Source of the DNA: Bryobacteraceae bacterium
GTDB taxonomy: Bacteria > Acidobacteriota > Terriglobia > Bryobacterales > Bryobacteraceae
Assembly: GCA_049511495.1 (NCBI GenBank)
Contig: JBEKXZ010000003.1
Span: 117,411 to 181,410 of the forward strand
Reading direction: 5' to 3'
Length of the DNA stretch: 64,000 nt
Each line of letters starts with the position of its first letter. Position 1 is the first letter of the stretch. The notes below the pieces were generated by a model, which was not told the DNA's origin, made no database searches, and saw only the letters and a program-made list of their open reading frames with translations. Positions 9,585 through 17,417 of this stretch are shown here, piece after piece. The position numbers and the translations under genes were made by a program.

Positions 9585-9968
9585 GTGAAGCTAACCATTA
9601 AGATCGATCAGAAGACTTACGAAGTGGAAGTGGAAGCCGCGGAGCCGGAAGCTCCCAGCCAGGCGCCGCGCGGGTACGTGATGGAATCGGCGCCGGTCCG
9701 CGTTCCGGCTGCACCGATGGCGGCGCCGCCCGCGACGCCGGGCGCGGTCAACGAAGAAAAAGTGTGCCGCAGCCCGGTTTCCGGCAACGTAGTGCGGGTG
9801 ATGGCGCACGCGGGCCAGAGCATCCAGGTGGGCGACGTTCTGCTGGTGCTCGAGGCCATGAAGATGGAAACGAATATCACCGCTCCGGTATCCGGCAAGC
9901 TGGCCGCCGTCAAGGTCAACGCCGGCGAAAGCGTGCAGGCCGGACAGGTGGTCGTGGAGTTCGAATAA
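9585..9968 (+). CDS. Biotin carboxyl carrier protein (1.3S-type biotinyl subunit)
   Basis: About 127 aa from GTG 9585 (TTG 9579 is an alternative). Biotinylation motif VLEAMKMETNI. AP-rich linker. N-terminal KIDQKTYEVEVE segment. Confidence 0.8.
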   Translation: MKLTIKIDQKTYEVEVEAAEPEAPSQAPRGYVMESAPVRVPAAPMAAPPATPGAVNEEKVCRSPVSGNVVRVMAHAGQSIQVGDVLLVLEAMKMETNITAPVSGKLAAVKVNAGESVQAGQVVVEFE

Positions 9969-10435
9969 TGCATCCCGAATTGGAACAAACACCCGGTTTT
10001 CTGTTTTTCGACCATGTAGCCGTTTCGGTCCCGTCTGGCCAGTTGGAAGCGCACGTCGCTGCGTACCGGGCACTCGGCTTCCGTGAAGTGCACCGCGAGG
10101 ACGTGCTCGGCTCCGACCAGGTTCGCGAGGTCCTGCTGCAGGTGGGCGACGGTCCCAACCTGGTGCAACTGCTGGAGCCGCTGACGCCGGAGTCCCCGGT
10201 CTCAAAGCAGATCGAAAAGAATGGAGGCCGCGGCGGCCTCGCGCACATTGCGCTGCGAGTATCGGGCATTCAGCAGGCGTTCGACTATCTGCGCGAAAAG
10301 GGATTCAAGATCATCGACAAAGCGCCGCGCAAAGGCTCGCGCGGCACCACCGTGTTCTTCATTCATCCCAAGACCACCGAAACCGCGGCATTCGGCTACC
10401 TGATCGAGGTGGTCGAGGAGGGCGGCCATGCCTGA
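9968..10435 (+). CDS. mce: Methylmalonyl-CoA epimerase (VOC/glyoxalase fold)
   Basis: 155 aa. FDHVAVSV and LAHIALRV metal-ligand strands. The start overlaps the BCCP stop (TAATG). Sits between the carboxyltransferase and mutase genes. Confidence 0.8.
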   Translation: MHPELEQTPGFLFFDHVAVSVPSGQLEAHVAAYRALGFREVHREDVLGSDQVREVLLQVGDGPNLVQLLEPLTPESPVSKQIEKNGGRGGLAHIALRVSGIQQAFDYLREKGFKIIDKAPRKGSRGTTVFFIHPKTTETAAFGYLIEVVEEGGHA

Positions 10436-11864
10436 GGATCAGCCTGGCGCCGAGATTCTGAACCTGGGCCAGGATTTCCCGCCGGTTCCGACTGCCCTCT
10501 GGGAGGCGGCCATCGCCAGGGACCTGAAGGGCGCCGACTACGAAAAGAAGCTGGTGTGGCGGACCGATGAAGGAATCGCGGTGCGGCCTTATTACCGCGC
10601 GGAAAACCTGGCCGGGCTGGAAGCGCAGACCCAAACCGCGCCGGGGCAATTTCCGTTTGCGCGCGGCAGCGGACAGCCGTGGGAGGCAGCCGGCTCAGTT
10701 CCCTCCGGCGCCAACGTGATTCGCGCCGACGATCTGGCCGAAGCCGGCGCCAATGCCGTGCAGCAACTGGGCTACGCGCTTGCGGCGGGCGTGGAGCGGC
10801 TGGCCGCGCTAACCGCAACCAGCACGGTGGAGGAAGCCGCGCGCTCGATCGAATTCGTTTTCTCGATCGGCTCGACTTATTTCCTGGAGATCGCCAAGCT
10901 GCGCGCGGCGCGCCTCGTTTGGGCGCAGGCAGTAGCTGCATTCGGCCCGGCGGACCCGCAGTGCGCGCTGGCGCGCATCTCTGTCCGCACTACGCGTCTC
11001 AACAAGAGCGTTTATGACCCCTACACCAACCTGCTGCGCGTGACCACGGAGGCGCTGGCGGCGGCGGTTGGCGGCTGCGACCGGTTGATGGTCGAGCCGT
11101 TCGGCTTCGACCAGCACCTGGCGGTGAACGTCGGGCGAATTCTACACCATGAGGCGCATGTGGACGCGGTAGCCGATCCGGCAGGCGGTTCTTATTACGT
11201 CGAAGCGCTGACCGATTCGTTGGCCCGCGCGGCGTGGAAGCTTTTCCAGCAGGTGGAGGCCGCGGGCGGTTACAGCCGGGCGGTGGGATCCGGCGTCATC
11301 GCGCGCGCTTTGGCGGAAAGCCGCGCCAAGCTCGAGAAGGCGGTGGCATCGCGCTACCGCACGCTGGTGGGCGTCAACAATTATCCCGATCTGAAAGAAA
11401 GAACGGCGGAGGCGACCGCGCCGGCCGAAAGCGGCGGGGCGTTTCCCGCCTTTCGCCTGGCGGAAGTGTTCGAAAAAATCCGCCGCCGCACCGAACGCCA
11501 CGCGGCCAAGACCGGCCGCGTTCCCCAGGTGCTGCTGCTGCAACGCGGCGAACTTAGAATGCGCATGGCGCGCGCGAACTTCAGCCTCAACTTTTTTGGC
11601 TGCGCCGGCTTCGACGTAGTCGAGGCGGAAGAATTTGCCGGCGCCGGCGCCGATCTGATCGTGCTGTGCAGCTCCGACGCGGAATACCTGGCGCTGGCGC
11701 GGGAAGTCTGCCCGGCCGCTCAAGTGCCGGTGATCGTAGCGGGCAATCCGAAAGACCAGGTCGACGCGCTGAAGGCCGCCGGCGTGGCGGGCTTCATTCA
11801 CATACAAAGCGACGCCGTCCAGACCCTCACCGAGTGGCAGAAACGGCTGGGGATGGAGGACTAA
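10428..11864 (+). CDS. mutA: Methylmalonyl-CoA mutase small (beta) subunit
   Basis: 478 aa, mutase-like ([28 protein letters not shown]) but lacking the DxHxxG cobalamin motif. Overlaps the epimerase gene by 8 nt. Confidence 0.8.
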   Translation: MPEDQPGAEILNLGQDFPPVPTALWEAAIARDLKGADYEKKLVWRTDEGIAVRPYYRAENLAGLEAQTQTAPGQFPFARGSGQPWEAAGSVPSGANVIRADDLAEAGANAVQQLGYALAAGVERLAALTATSTVEEAARSIEFVFSIGSTYFLEIAKLRAARLVWAQAVAAFGPADPQCALARISVRTTRLNKSVYDPYTNLLRVTTEALAAAVGGCDRLMVEPFGFDQHLAVNVGRILHHEAHVDAVADPAGGSYYVEALTDSLARAAWKLFQQVEAAGGYSRAVGSGVIARALAESRAKLEKAVASRYRTLVGVNNYPDLKERTAEATAPAESGGAFPAFRLAEVFEKIRRRTERHAAKTGRVPQVLLLQRGELRMRMARANFSLNFFGCAGFDVVEAEEFAGAGADLIVLCSSDAEYLALAREVCPAAQVPVIVAGNPKDQVDALKAAGVAGFIHIQSDAVQTLTEWQKRLGMED

Positions 11865-11867
11865 GCC

Positions 11868-14006
11868 ATGAAACCCGACTTTTCGAAAATCGATTACCAG
11901 CCGAAGCCCGGACCGGCCGCACCTGTCACGCCCGGGGATGAATGGGCCACCGCGGAGCGCATCGCAGTAAAGCCCTGGTACACGGCCAGCGACCTGTACG
12001 CCATGGAGCATCTGGAATATGCCGCCGGCGTGCCGCCGTTTCTGCGCGGGCCGTACTCCACCATGTACGCGCTGCAGCCGTGGACCATTCGCCAGTACGC
12101 GGGCTTCTCCACCGCCGAAGAATCGAACGCGTTTTACCGGCGCAATCTCGCCGCCGGGCAGAAGGGCCTTTCGGTGGCGTTCGACCTGGCCACCCATCGC
12201 GGTTACGATTCCGACAATGAGCGCGTGGTGGGCGATGTCGGCAAAGCGGGCGTGGCGATCGATTCAGTCGAAGACATGAAGATTCTCTTCGACCAGATTC
12301 CGCTCGGCCAGATGTCGGTTTCGATGACCATGAACGGCGCCGTGCTGCCGGTGATGGCGTTCTACATCGTGGCTGCCGAAGAGCAGGGCGTGAAACCCGA
12401 ACAACTGACCGGAACCATTCAGAACGACATTCTGAAGGAGTTCATGGTCCGCAACACGTACATCTATCCGCCGGCGCCTTCGATGCGGATCATCGGCGAC
12501 ATCTTCCGCTATTCGGCGGAGCGCATGCCGAAGTTCAACTGCATTTCGATCAGCGGCTACCACATGCAGGAAGCTGGTGCGACGGCGGACATCGAGCTCG
12601 GCTACACGCTGGCCGATGGCGTGGAGTACGTGCGTACGGGCATCGCCGCCGGTTTGGATATCGACGCGTTCGCGCCGCGGCTGAGCTTCTTCTGGGGCAT
12701 CGGCATGAACCACTTCATGGAGATCGCCAAGCTGCGCGCGGCGCGCGTGCTGTGGGCCAAGCTGATTCACGGATTCCATCCGAAGAACCCCAAATCGATG
12801 GCGCTGCGCACGCATTCGCAGACGTCCGGCTGGAGTCTCACTGCGCAGGACGCGTTCAACAACGTGGCCCGCACCACCGTGGAAGCGCTGGCCGCGGTGC
12901 TGGGGCACACCCAATCGCTGCACACGAATGCGCTCGACGAAGCGATCGCGCTGCCAACCGATTTTTCCGCGCGCATCGCGCGCAACACGCAAATCTACCT
13001 GCAACAAGAAACCGGCATCACGCGCGCGGTGGATCCCTGGGCTGGCAGCTATTACGTGGAAAGCCTGACCCATGAGCTGATGCACAAGGCGTGGCATCAT
13101 ATTCAAGAGGTCGAAACCCTGGGCGGTATGGCCAAGGCGATCGAAACCGGCATCCCCAAGATGCGGATTGAAGAGGCGGCCGCGCGCCGGCAGGCCTACA
13201 TCGATTCCGGCCGCGAGATCATCGTGGGTGTGAACCAATTCGAGACCGGCCGCGAGGAGCACATCGACACGCTCGAAGTGGACAACGGCGCGGTGCGCGA
13301 TTCGCAACTGCGGCGCCTCGCGCAAGTGCGCGCGGAGCGCGACGGCCGCGCGGTGGAAGCGGCGCTGGCCGCTTTGGCCGCAAGCGCGGCGACGGGCGAA
13401 GGCAACCTGCTCGATCTCGCCGTCCAAGCGGCACGCGTGCGCGCCACATTGGGCGAGATTTCTTCGGCGCTCGAAAAAGTGTTCGGCCGCTACCAGGCGG
13501 TCAACCGCACCATCTCGGGCGTTTATTCCTCGGAGAGCCAGGCCGATCCGGAATTTCAGAAAGCGCGCAAGCTGGCGGACGAATTCGGCAAGGCCGAAGG
13601 GCGGCGGCCGCGCATCCTGGTCGCCAAGATGGGCCAGGACGGGCACGACCGCGGCGCCAAGGTGATCGCCACCGCCTTCGCCGATCTCGGCTTCGACGTG
13701 GACGTGGGGCCGCTGTTCCAGACGCCGCTCGAGGCGGCGCGTATGGCGGTGGAGAACGACGTCCACGTGCTCGGCGTATCGAGCCTGGCCGGCGGCCACA
13801 AAACGCTGGTGCCGGCGGTGATCGCCGAGCTGCGCAAGTTCGGCCGCGACGACATTCTGGTTTTCGTCGGCGGCGTGATTCCGCCGCAGGATTACGATTA
13901 CCTGTACCTGGCGGGCGTGGCCGGCGTGTTCGGTCCCGGCACGGTGATTCCTGTGTGCGCGCAGAAGATTCTTCATGCGCTGATGGGTACGGCGCGTGCG
14001 GCGTAG
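11868..14006 (+). CDS. mutB: Methylmalonyl-CoA mutase large (alpha) subunit, B12-dependent
   Basis: 712 aa. [28 protein letters not shown] and the B12-binding [13 protein letters not shown] motif. Confidence 0.92.
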   Translation: MKPDFSKIDYQPKPGPAAPVTPGDEWATAERIAVKPWYTASDLYAMEHLEYAAGVPPFLRGPYSTMYALQPWTIRQYAGFSTAEESNAFYRRNLAAGQKGLSVAFDLATHRGYDSDNERVVGDVGKAGVAIDSVEDMKILFDQIPLGQMSVSMTMNGAVLPVMAFYIVAAEEQGVKPEQLTGTIQNDILKEFMVRNTYIYPPAPSMRIIGDIFRYSAERMPKFNCISISGYHMQEAGATADIELGYTLADGVEYVRTGIAAGLDIDAFAPRLSFFWGIGMNHFMEIAKLRAARVLWAKLIHGFHPKNPKSMALRTHSQTSGWSLTAQDAFNNVARTTVEALAAVLGHTQSLHTNALDEAIALPTDFSARIARNTQIYLQQETGITRAVDPWAGSYYVESLTHELMHKAWHHIQEVETLGGMAKAIETGIPKMRIEEAAARRQAYIDSGREIIVGVNQFETGREEHIDTLEVDNGAVRDSQLRRLAQVRAERDGRAVEAALAALAASAATGEGNLLDLAVQAARVRATLGEISSALEKVFGRYQAVNRTISGVYSSESQADPEFQKARKLADEFGKAEGRRPRILVAKMGQDGHDRGAKVIATAFADLGFDVDVGPLFQTPLEAARMAVENDVHVLGVSSLAGGHKTLVPAVIAELRKFGRDDILVFVGGVIPPQDYDYLYLAGVAGVFGPGTVIPVCAQKILHALMGTARAA

Positions 14007-14014
14007 TCAGAGGT

Positions 14015-14104
14015 GGGACAGACGATCGGTTTTTGTCGTCTGTCAACGCCCCGTGTTTCGGCGCGGCATGACAGACCACGAAAACCGATGGTCTGTCCTA
14101 CCTT
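14015..14104. repeat. Twin-hairpin intergenic repeat, family A, copy 1
   Basis: GACAGACGA-TCGGTTTTTG-TCGTCTGTC, a 25-nt spacer, then GACAGACCA-CGAAAACCGA-TGGTCTGTC-CTACCT. Begins 9 nt after the mutB stop. A second copy lies at 61082-61168. Confidence 0.8.
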
Positions 14105-14116
14105 GCGGTCAAAGCC

Positions 14117-15136
14117 ATGCCGGCTAGCGCGACCCATCACCGTCGCAGCAGGCTGCCGCTCGAACGCTACACGGAGGGCATTCTGCGCGGCGACCGCGTC
14201 ACCTTGGCGCGCGCCATCACGGTAGTGGAAAGCGATCTCCCGGCCGATGGCGAACTGGCGGCGCGGATGCTCGACGCGATTCTGCCCGCGACCGGCAAAT
14301 CGCGGCGCGTCGGCATTACCGGCGTGCCCGGCGTCGGCAAGAGCACTTTCATCGACGCGCTGGGCATGCACCTAATCCGCCAGCGCGGCGAGCGCGTGGC
14401 CGTGCTGAGCGTCGATCCCTCCAGCCCCATTTCGGGCGGCAGCATCCTCGGCGACAAGACCCGCATGGAGCGCCTCAGCGTCGAGGAGCGGGCCTTCATC
14501 CGGCCTTCGCCCGCGCGCGGGCACCTGGGCGGCGTGGCGCGCCGCACGCGCGAAACCATTCTGCTCTGCGAAGCCGCCGGCTTCGAGAACGTGCTGGTGG
14601 AAACGGTGGGAGTGGGCCAGTCGGAAACCGCCGTCCGCTCGATGACGGATTTCTTTTTGCTGCTGATGCTGGCTGGCGCCGGCGACGAATTGCAGGGCAT
14701 CAAGCGCGGCATCATCGAAATGATCGACGGCATGGTGATCAACAAAGCCGATGGCGACAACAAGCGCAAGGCCGAACGCGCGCGCGTGGAGTATTCGAAC
14801 GCCTTGCACCTGTTCCCCGCCTCGGCCGATGGCTGGTCGCCGCGCGTGCTCACCTGTTCGGCCCTCCACGGCGAGGGCGTGGCGGAAAGCTGGGACATGG
14901 TGCTCGATCACCGCCAGCAAATGGAAGCGTCCGGCCACCTGGCTGCGCGGCGCAGCGGGCAGGCGCTCGAATGGATGCGCGAGCTGGTCGGAATTGCGCT
15001 CGAAGATTCTTTCCGCGGCCACGCAGCCGTGGCGGCGAGGCTGCCGCGCCTGGAAGAGGCGGTCAGCCGGGGGCAGGTGACGCCGTTCGCCGCAAGCCGC
15101 GAGTTATTGCACATTTATCGTTCGCAGGAGAAATAA
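14117..15136 (+). CDS. meaB: Methylmalonyl-CoA mutase-associated GTPase MeaB/ArgK
   Basis: 339 aa. Walker A GVPGVGKST, ETVGVGQSE, NKAD. Confidence 0.9.
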   Translation: MPASATHHRRSRLPLERYTEGILRGDRVTLARAITVVESDLPADGELAARMLDAILPATGKSRRVGITGVPGVGKSTFIDALGMHLIRQRGERVAVLSVDPSSPISGGSILGDKTRMERLSVEERAFIRPSPARGHLGGVARRTRETILLCEAAGFENVLVETVGVGQSETAVRSMTDFFLLLMLAGAGDELQGIKRGIIEMIDGMVINKADGDNKRKAERARVEYSNALHLFPASADGWSPRVLTCSALHGEGVAESWDMVLDHRQQMEASGHLAARRSGQALEWMRELVGIALEDSFRGHAAVAARLPRLEEAVSRGQVTPFAASRELLHIYRSQEK

Positions 15137-15149
15137 TCCGTATGTCATT

Positions 15150-15662
15150 TTCATTTCCCTGGCTGAGGAGATTTCCAATCACCCGGACGTGGTGCGAGGC
15201 CTGGGCATCGTTTCGATGAACACGGCGATTGAGGTGGACGTATTCGGCAACGTCAATTCCACCCACGTGCTGGGAAAGCAGATGATGAACGGGATCGGCG
15301 GCTCGGGCGATTTCTCGCGCAACGCGTACCTGTCGATCTTCAGTTGCGCCTCGACGGCCAAGGGCGGCAAGATCTCGACCATCGTTCCCCTGGTGACCCA
15401 CGTCGATCACAGCGAGCATTCCGTGCAGGTGGTCATCACCGAGCAGGGCGTGGCCGATCTGCGCGGCCAGGACCCGCACGCGCGGGCCCGCATCATCATC
15501 GAGAAATGCGCCCACCCGCGCTTCCGCCCGCAACTGCTCGAATACATCGAGATCGTCAAGGAGGGCCACACCCCGCAATCGCTGAGCCGCGCCTTCGCCA
15601 TGCACCGCCAGTTCATCAGAACTGGGGATATGGGCGGGATCAAGTGGGAGGATTGGGCGTAG
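15150..15662 (+). pseudogene. 3' remnant of a succinyl-CoA:acetate/propionate CoA-transferase (AarC/ScpC/Ach1 family)
   Basis: Only about 170 C-terminal residues remain (EEISNHPDVVRGLGIVSMNTAIEVDVFGNVNSTHV...MMNGIGGSGDF.RNAYLSIF...VTHVDHSEH..VVITEQGVADLRG), whereas family members are about 500 aa. Similarity starts within about 15 nt of the meaB stop. The first usable start is GTG 15189. Confidence 0.7.
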
Positions 15663-15767
15663 GGGGTGGTGTACCGCCCGAATTGACGGTGTGAATTCTT
15701 GCGTTGCGGTTGGCCCGTCGGCGAGGTACTATCCAGGACATCTGGCAGCTTTGATTGCGGAGGTACC

Positions 15768-16283
15768 ATGAGACAAAGCTTCACGTGCTTATTTGCCTTT
15801 GGAATCGTCCTAACGCTGGCACCGTCGAGCTTGGCAAAAGACAAAAAGAAGGAAGTCCCCATAGCTCCATTGCCATCGGTCGTCGCGAGCGCGAAGACAG
15901 TATTCCTCTCGAACGGCGGCGGGAGCAACCTTGCGTTCGACGCCTTCTATGCCGCGATGAAAGATTGGGGCAAGTATGAAATCGTCGGCTCGCCTGAGGA
16001 AGCGAACCTGATCGTAGAACTTGCGTACAAGGTCGAGCAAGAAGGCACCCGAGTCTGGAGCACGCACAACGCGTACACTGGCGCGACGCAGGTTCACAGT
16101 GCTCAAATCGTCGACCCCCAACTCATGCTTACGATCTATGACGGGAAGACGAAGACCCAACTTTGGGCCGAAACGGATCATCGGAGGCTGGCGCGAAGGC
16201 AAAAGAACAGAGAGAAAGAGACGGTAAACTCCGCACAGAGACTGGTTGATGACCTGAAGACGCGCGTTGCGATCAGACCATAA
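15768..16283 (+). CDS. Hypothetical secreted protein
   Basis: 171 aa from the internal ATG, with a GGAGG RBS 5 nt upstream. Signal peptide MRQSFTCLFAFGIVLTLAPSSLA. Lies in an AT-richer stretch. No recognisable domain. Confidence 0.5.
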   Translation: MRQSFTCLFAFGIVLTLAPSSLAKDKKKEVPIAPLPSVVASAKTVFLSNGGGSNLAFDAFYAAMKDWGKYEIVGSPEEANLIVELAYKVEQEGTRVWSTHNAYTGATQVHSAQIVDPQLMLTIYDGKTKTQLWAETDHRRLARRQKNREKETVNSAQRLVDDLKTRVAIRP

Positions 16284-16284
16284 G

Positions 16285-16515
16285 TCAGTCTATTTCGGGT
16301 AGTTCGATGCCGCTCTCCCGAATGGCATCATCCGCAGCAGTCTGATTCGAAAATGGCCCCTTCCCGGAGACAGGGCAGAAGAGGCCGATTGCGGGCTGGT
16401 CGATCCTTCCGACCTTCAATTCCGCCGACTTGCGGTCTACCAATCGCACGCCATGGACAGCACAAATGAGAGCGCCGCTATTGACCACTCCCCTACACCG
16501 CTTTCCAGTATCCAT
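16285..16515 (-). CDS. Hypothetical small protein (76 aa)
   Basis: Strong AAGGAG RBS 6 nt upstream of the ATG. Convergent with the preceding ORF (1-nt gap). No recognisable domain. Confidence 0.4.
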   Translation of the reverse strand: MDTGKRCRGVVNSGALICAVHGVRLVDRKSAELKVGRIDQPAIGLFCPVSGKGPFSNQTAADDAIRESGIELPEID

Positions 16516-16640
16516 AAAACACTCCTTACTGAGAATACCGCCGACTCCTACTTCCTCAGGCGTGTTTCCACACGGGAAATCCGGGAAATCCCGTGCCAGG
16601 CTACGCGTCTACGCACTCTCCTTGGCCCAGAAATCACCGC

Positions 16641-16668
16641 TTGCGTGCTATATCCAATTGGATATAAT
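16641..16668 (+). promoter_or_regulatory. Sigma70-like promoter TTGCGT-N16-TATAAT for a leaderless higB transcript, with an embedded 18-bp perfect palindrome (16649-16666)
   Basis: The -10 hexamer ends 6 nt before the A of the higB ATG and no RBS is present. TATATCCAATTGGATATA spans the spacer and overlaps the -10. Confidence 0.45.
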
Positions 16669-16674
16669 TAGAGC

Positions 16675-16998
16675 ATGAGGCCAGTGCGCTTCCTCGGCGA
16701 CTCGCTCAAATGCCTGCGAGACTTCCCCGAGGGTGCGCGACACGATGCGGGCTACCAGTTGGACACAGTGCAGCGCGGCGAACAGCCCGATGATTTCAAA
16801 CCCCTAGCTGCGGTTGGCAAGGGTGTCGAGGAGATTCGCATAACGGACGAAAGTGGCGCTTACCGCGTGATCTACGTGGCCCGGCGCGCGGATGCCGTCT
16901 ACGTGCTGCACGCTTTCCAGAAGAAGACGGCCACTCCGAAGCGGGAGATCGATACCGCCAAGAAACGCCTTGCGCAATTGCCGAGAGGTGGGAAATGA
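16675..16998 (+). CDS. higB: Type II toxin, RelE/ParE superfamily (HigB / Gp49-like)
   Basis: 107 aa. FLGDSLKCLRDFP...G.G..EIR.....GAYRVIYV.....VYVLHAFQKK pattern of Gp49/HigB-type toxins. ATGA overlap with the downstream HTH gene, with the toxin gene first. Confidence 0.8.
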   Translation: MRPVRFLGDSLKCLRDFPEGARHDAGYQLDTVQRGEQPDDFKPLAAVGKGVEEIRITDESGAYRVIYVARRADAVYVLHAFQKKTATPKREIDTAKKRLAQLPRGGK

Positions 16999-17276
16999 GG
17001 AAACCAGAAAGCTACGCCAGTGTTTGGGATGCCATCGCGGACACGCCCGGCCAGGCGGCGAACCTACGGGCGCGGGCGGAACTGATGCGGCAGATCGCGG
17101 CCTTTGTGAAACGGCAGAACTGGACGCAGGCCGAGGCGGCGAGCCACTGCGGGGTGACGCAGCCGCGGATGAACGATCTGCTTCGCGGCCGCGTCTCGCG
17201 CTTCTCGCTCGACGCGTTGGTCAACATCTCGACGGCGCTGGGCTGCCGCGTGCGGGTCGACCTTGACGCCGCCTGA
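16995..17276 (+). CDS. higA: XRE-family HTH antitoxin (HigA-like)
   Basis: 93 aa. VWDAIADTP..AANL..RAELM..I...V....WTQAEAA..CGVTQPRMNDLLRGRVSRFSLDALV is the typical partner of Gp49-type toxins. Confidence 0.8.
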   Translation: MRKPESYASVWDAIADTPGQAANLRARAELMRQIAAFVKRQNWTQAEAASHCGVTQPRMNDLLRGRVSRFSLDALVNISTALGCRVRVDLDAA

Positions 17277-17417
17277 GCGGAGTGCCGTGTAGTGGTCGCC
17301 GCAAGAAAAACCGAGACGAATCTCGGCTCAGCAGGCTGGACAACCTGCGCCACGACATAGATGGGCAGTATTGGGCTTAAGCGCGCCGGGTTTTCCGTAT
17401 AATGTGATTTTGCATTC

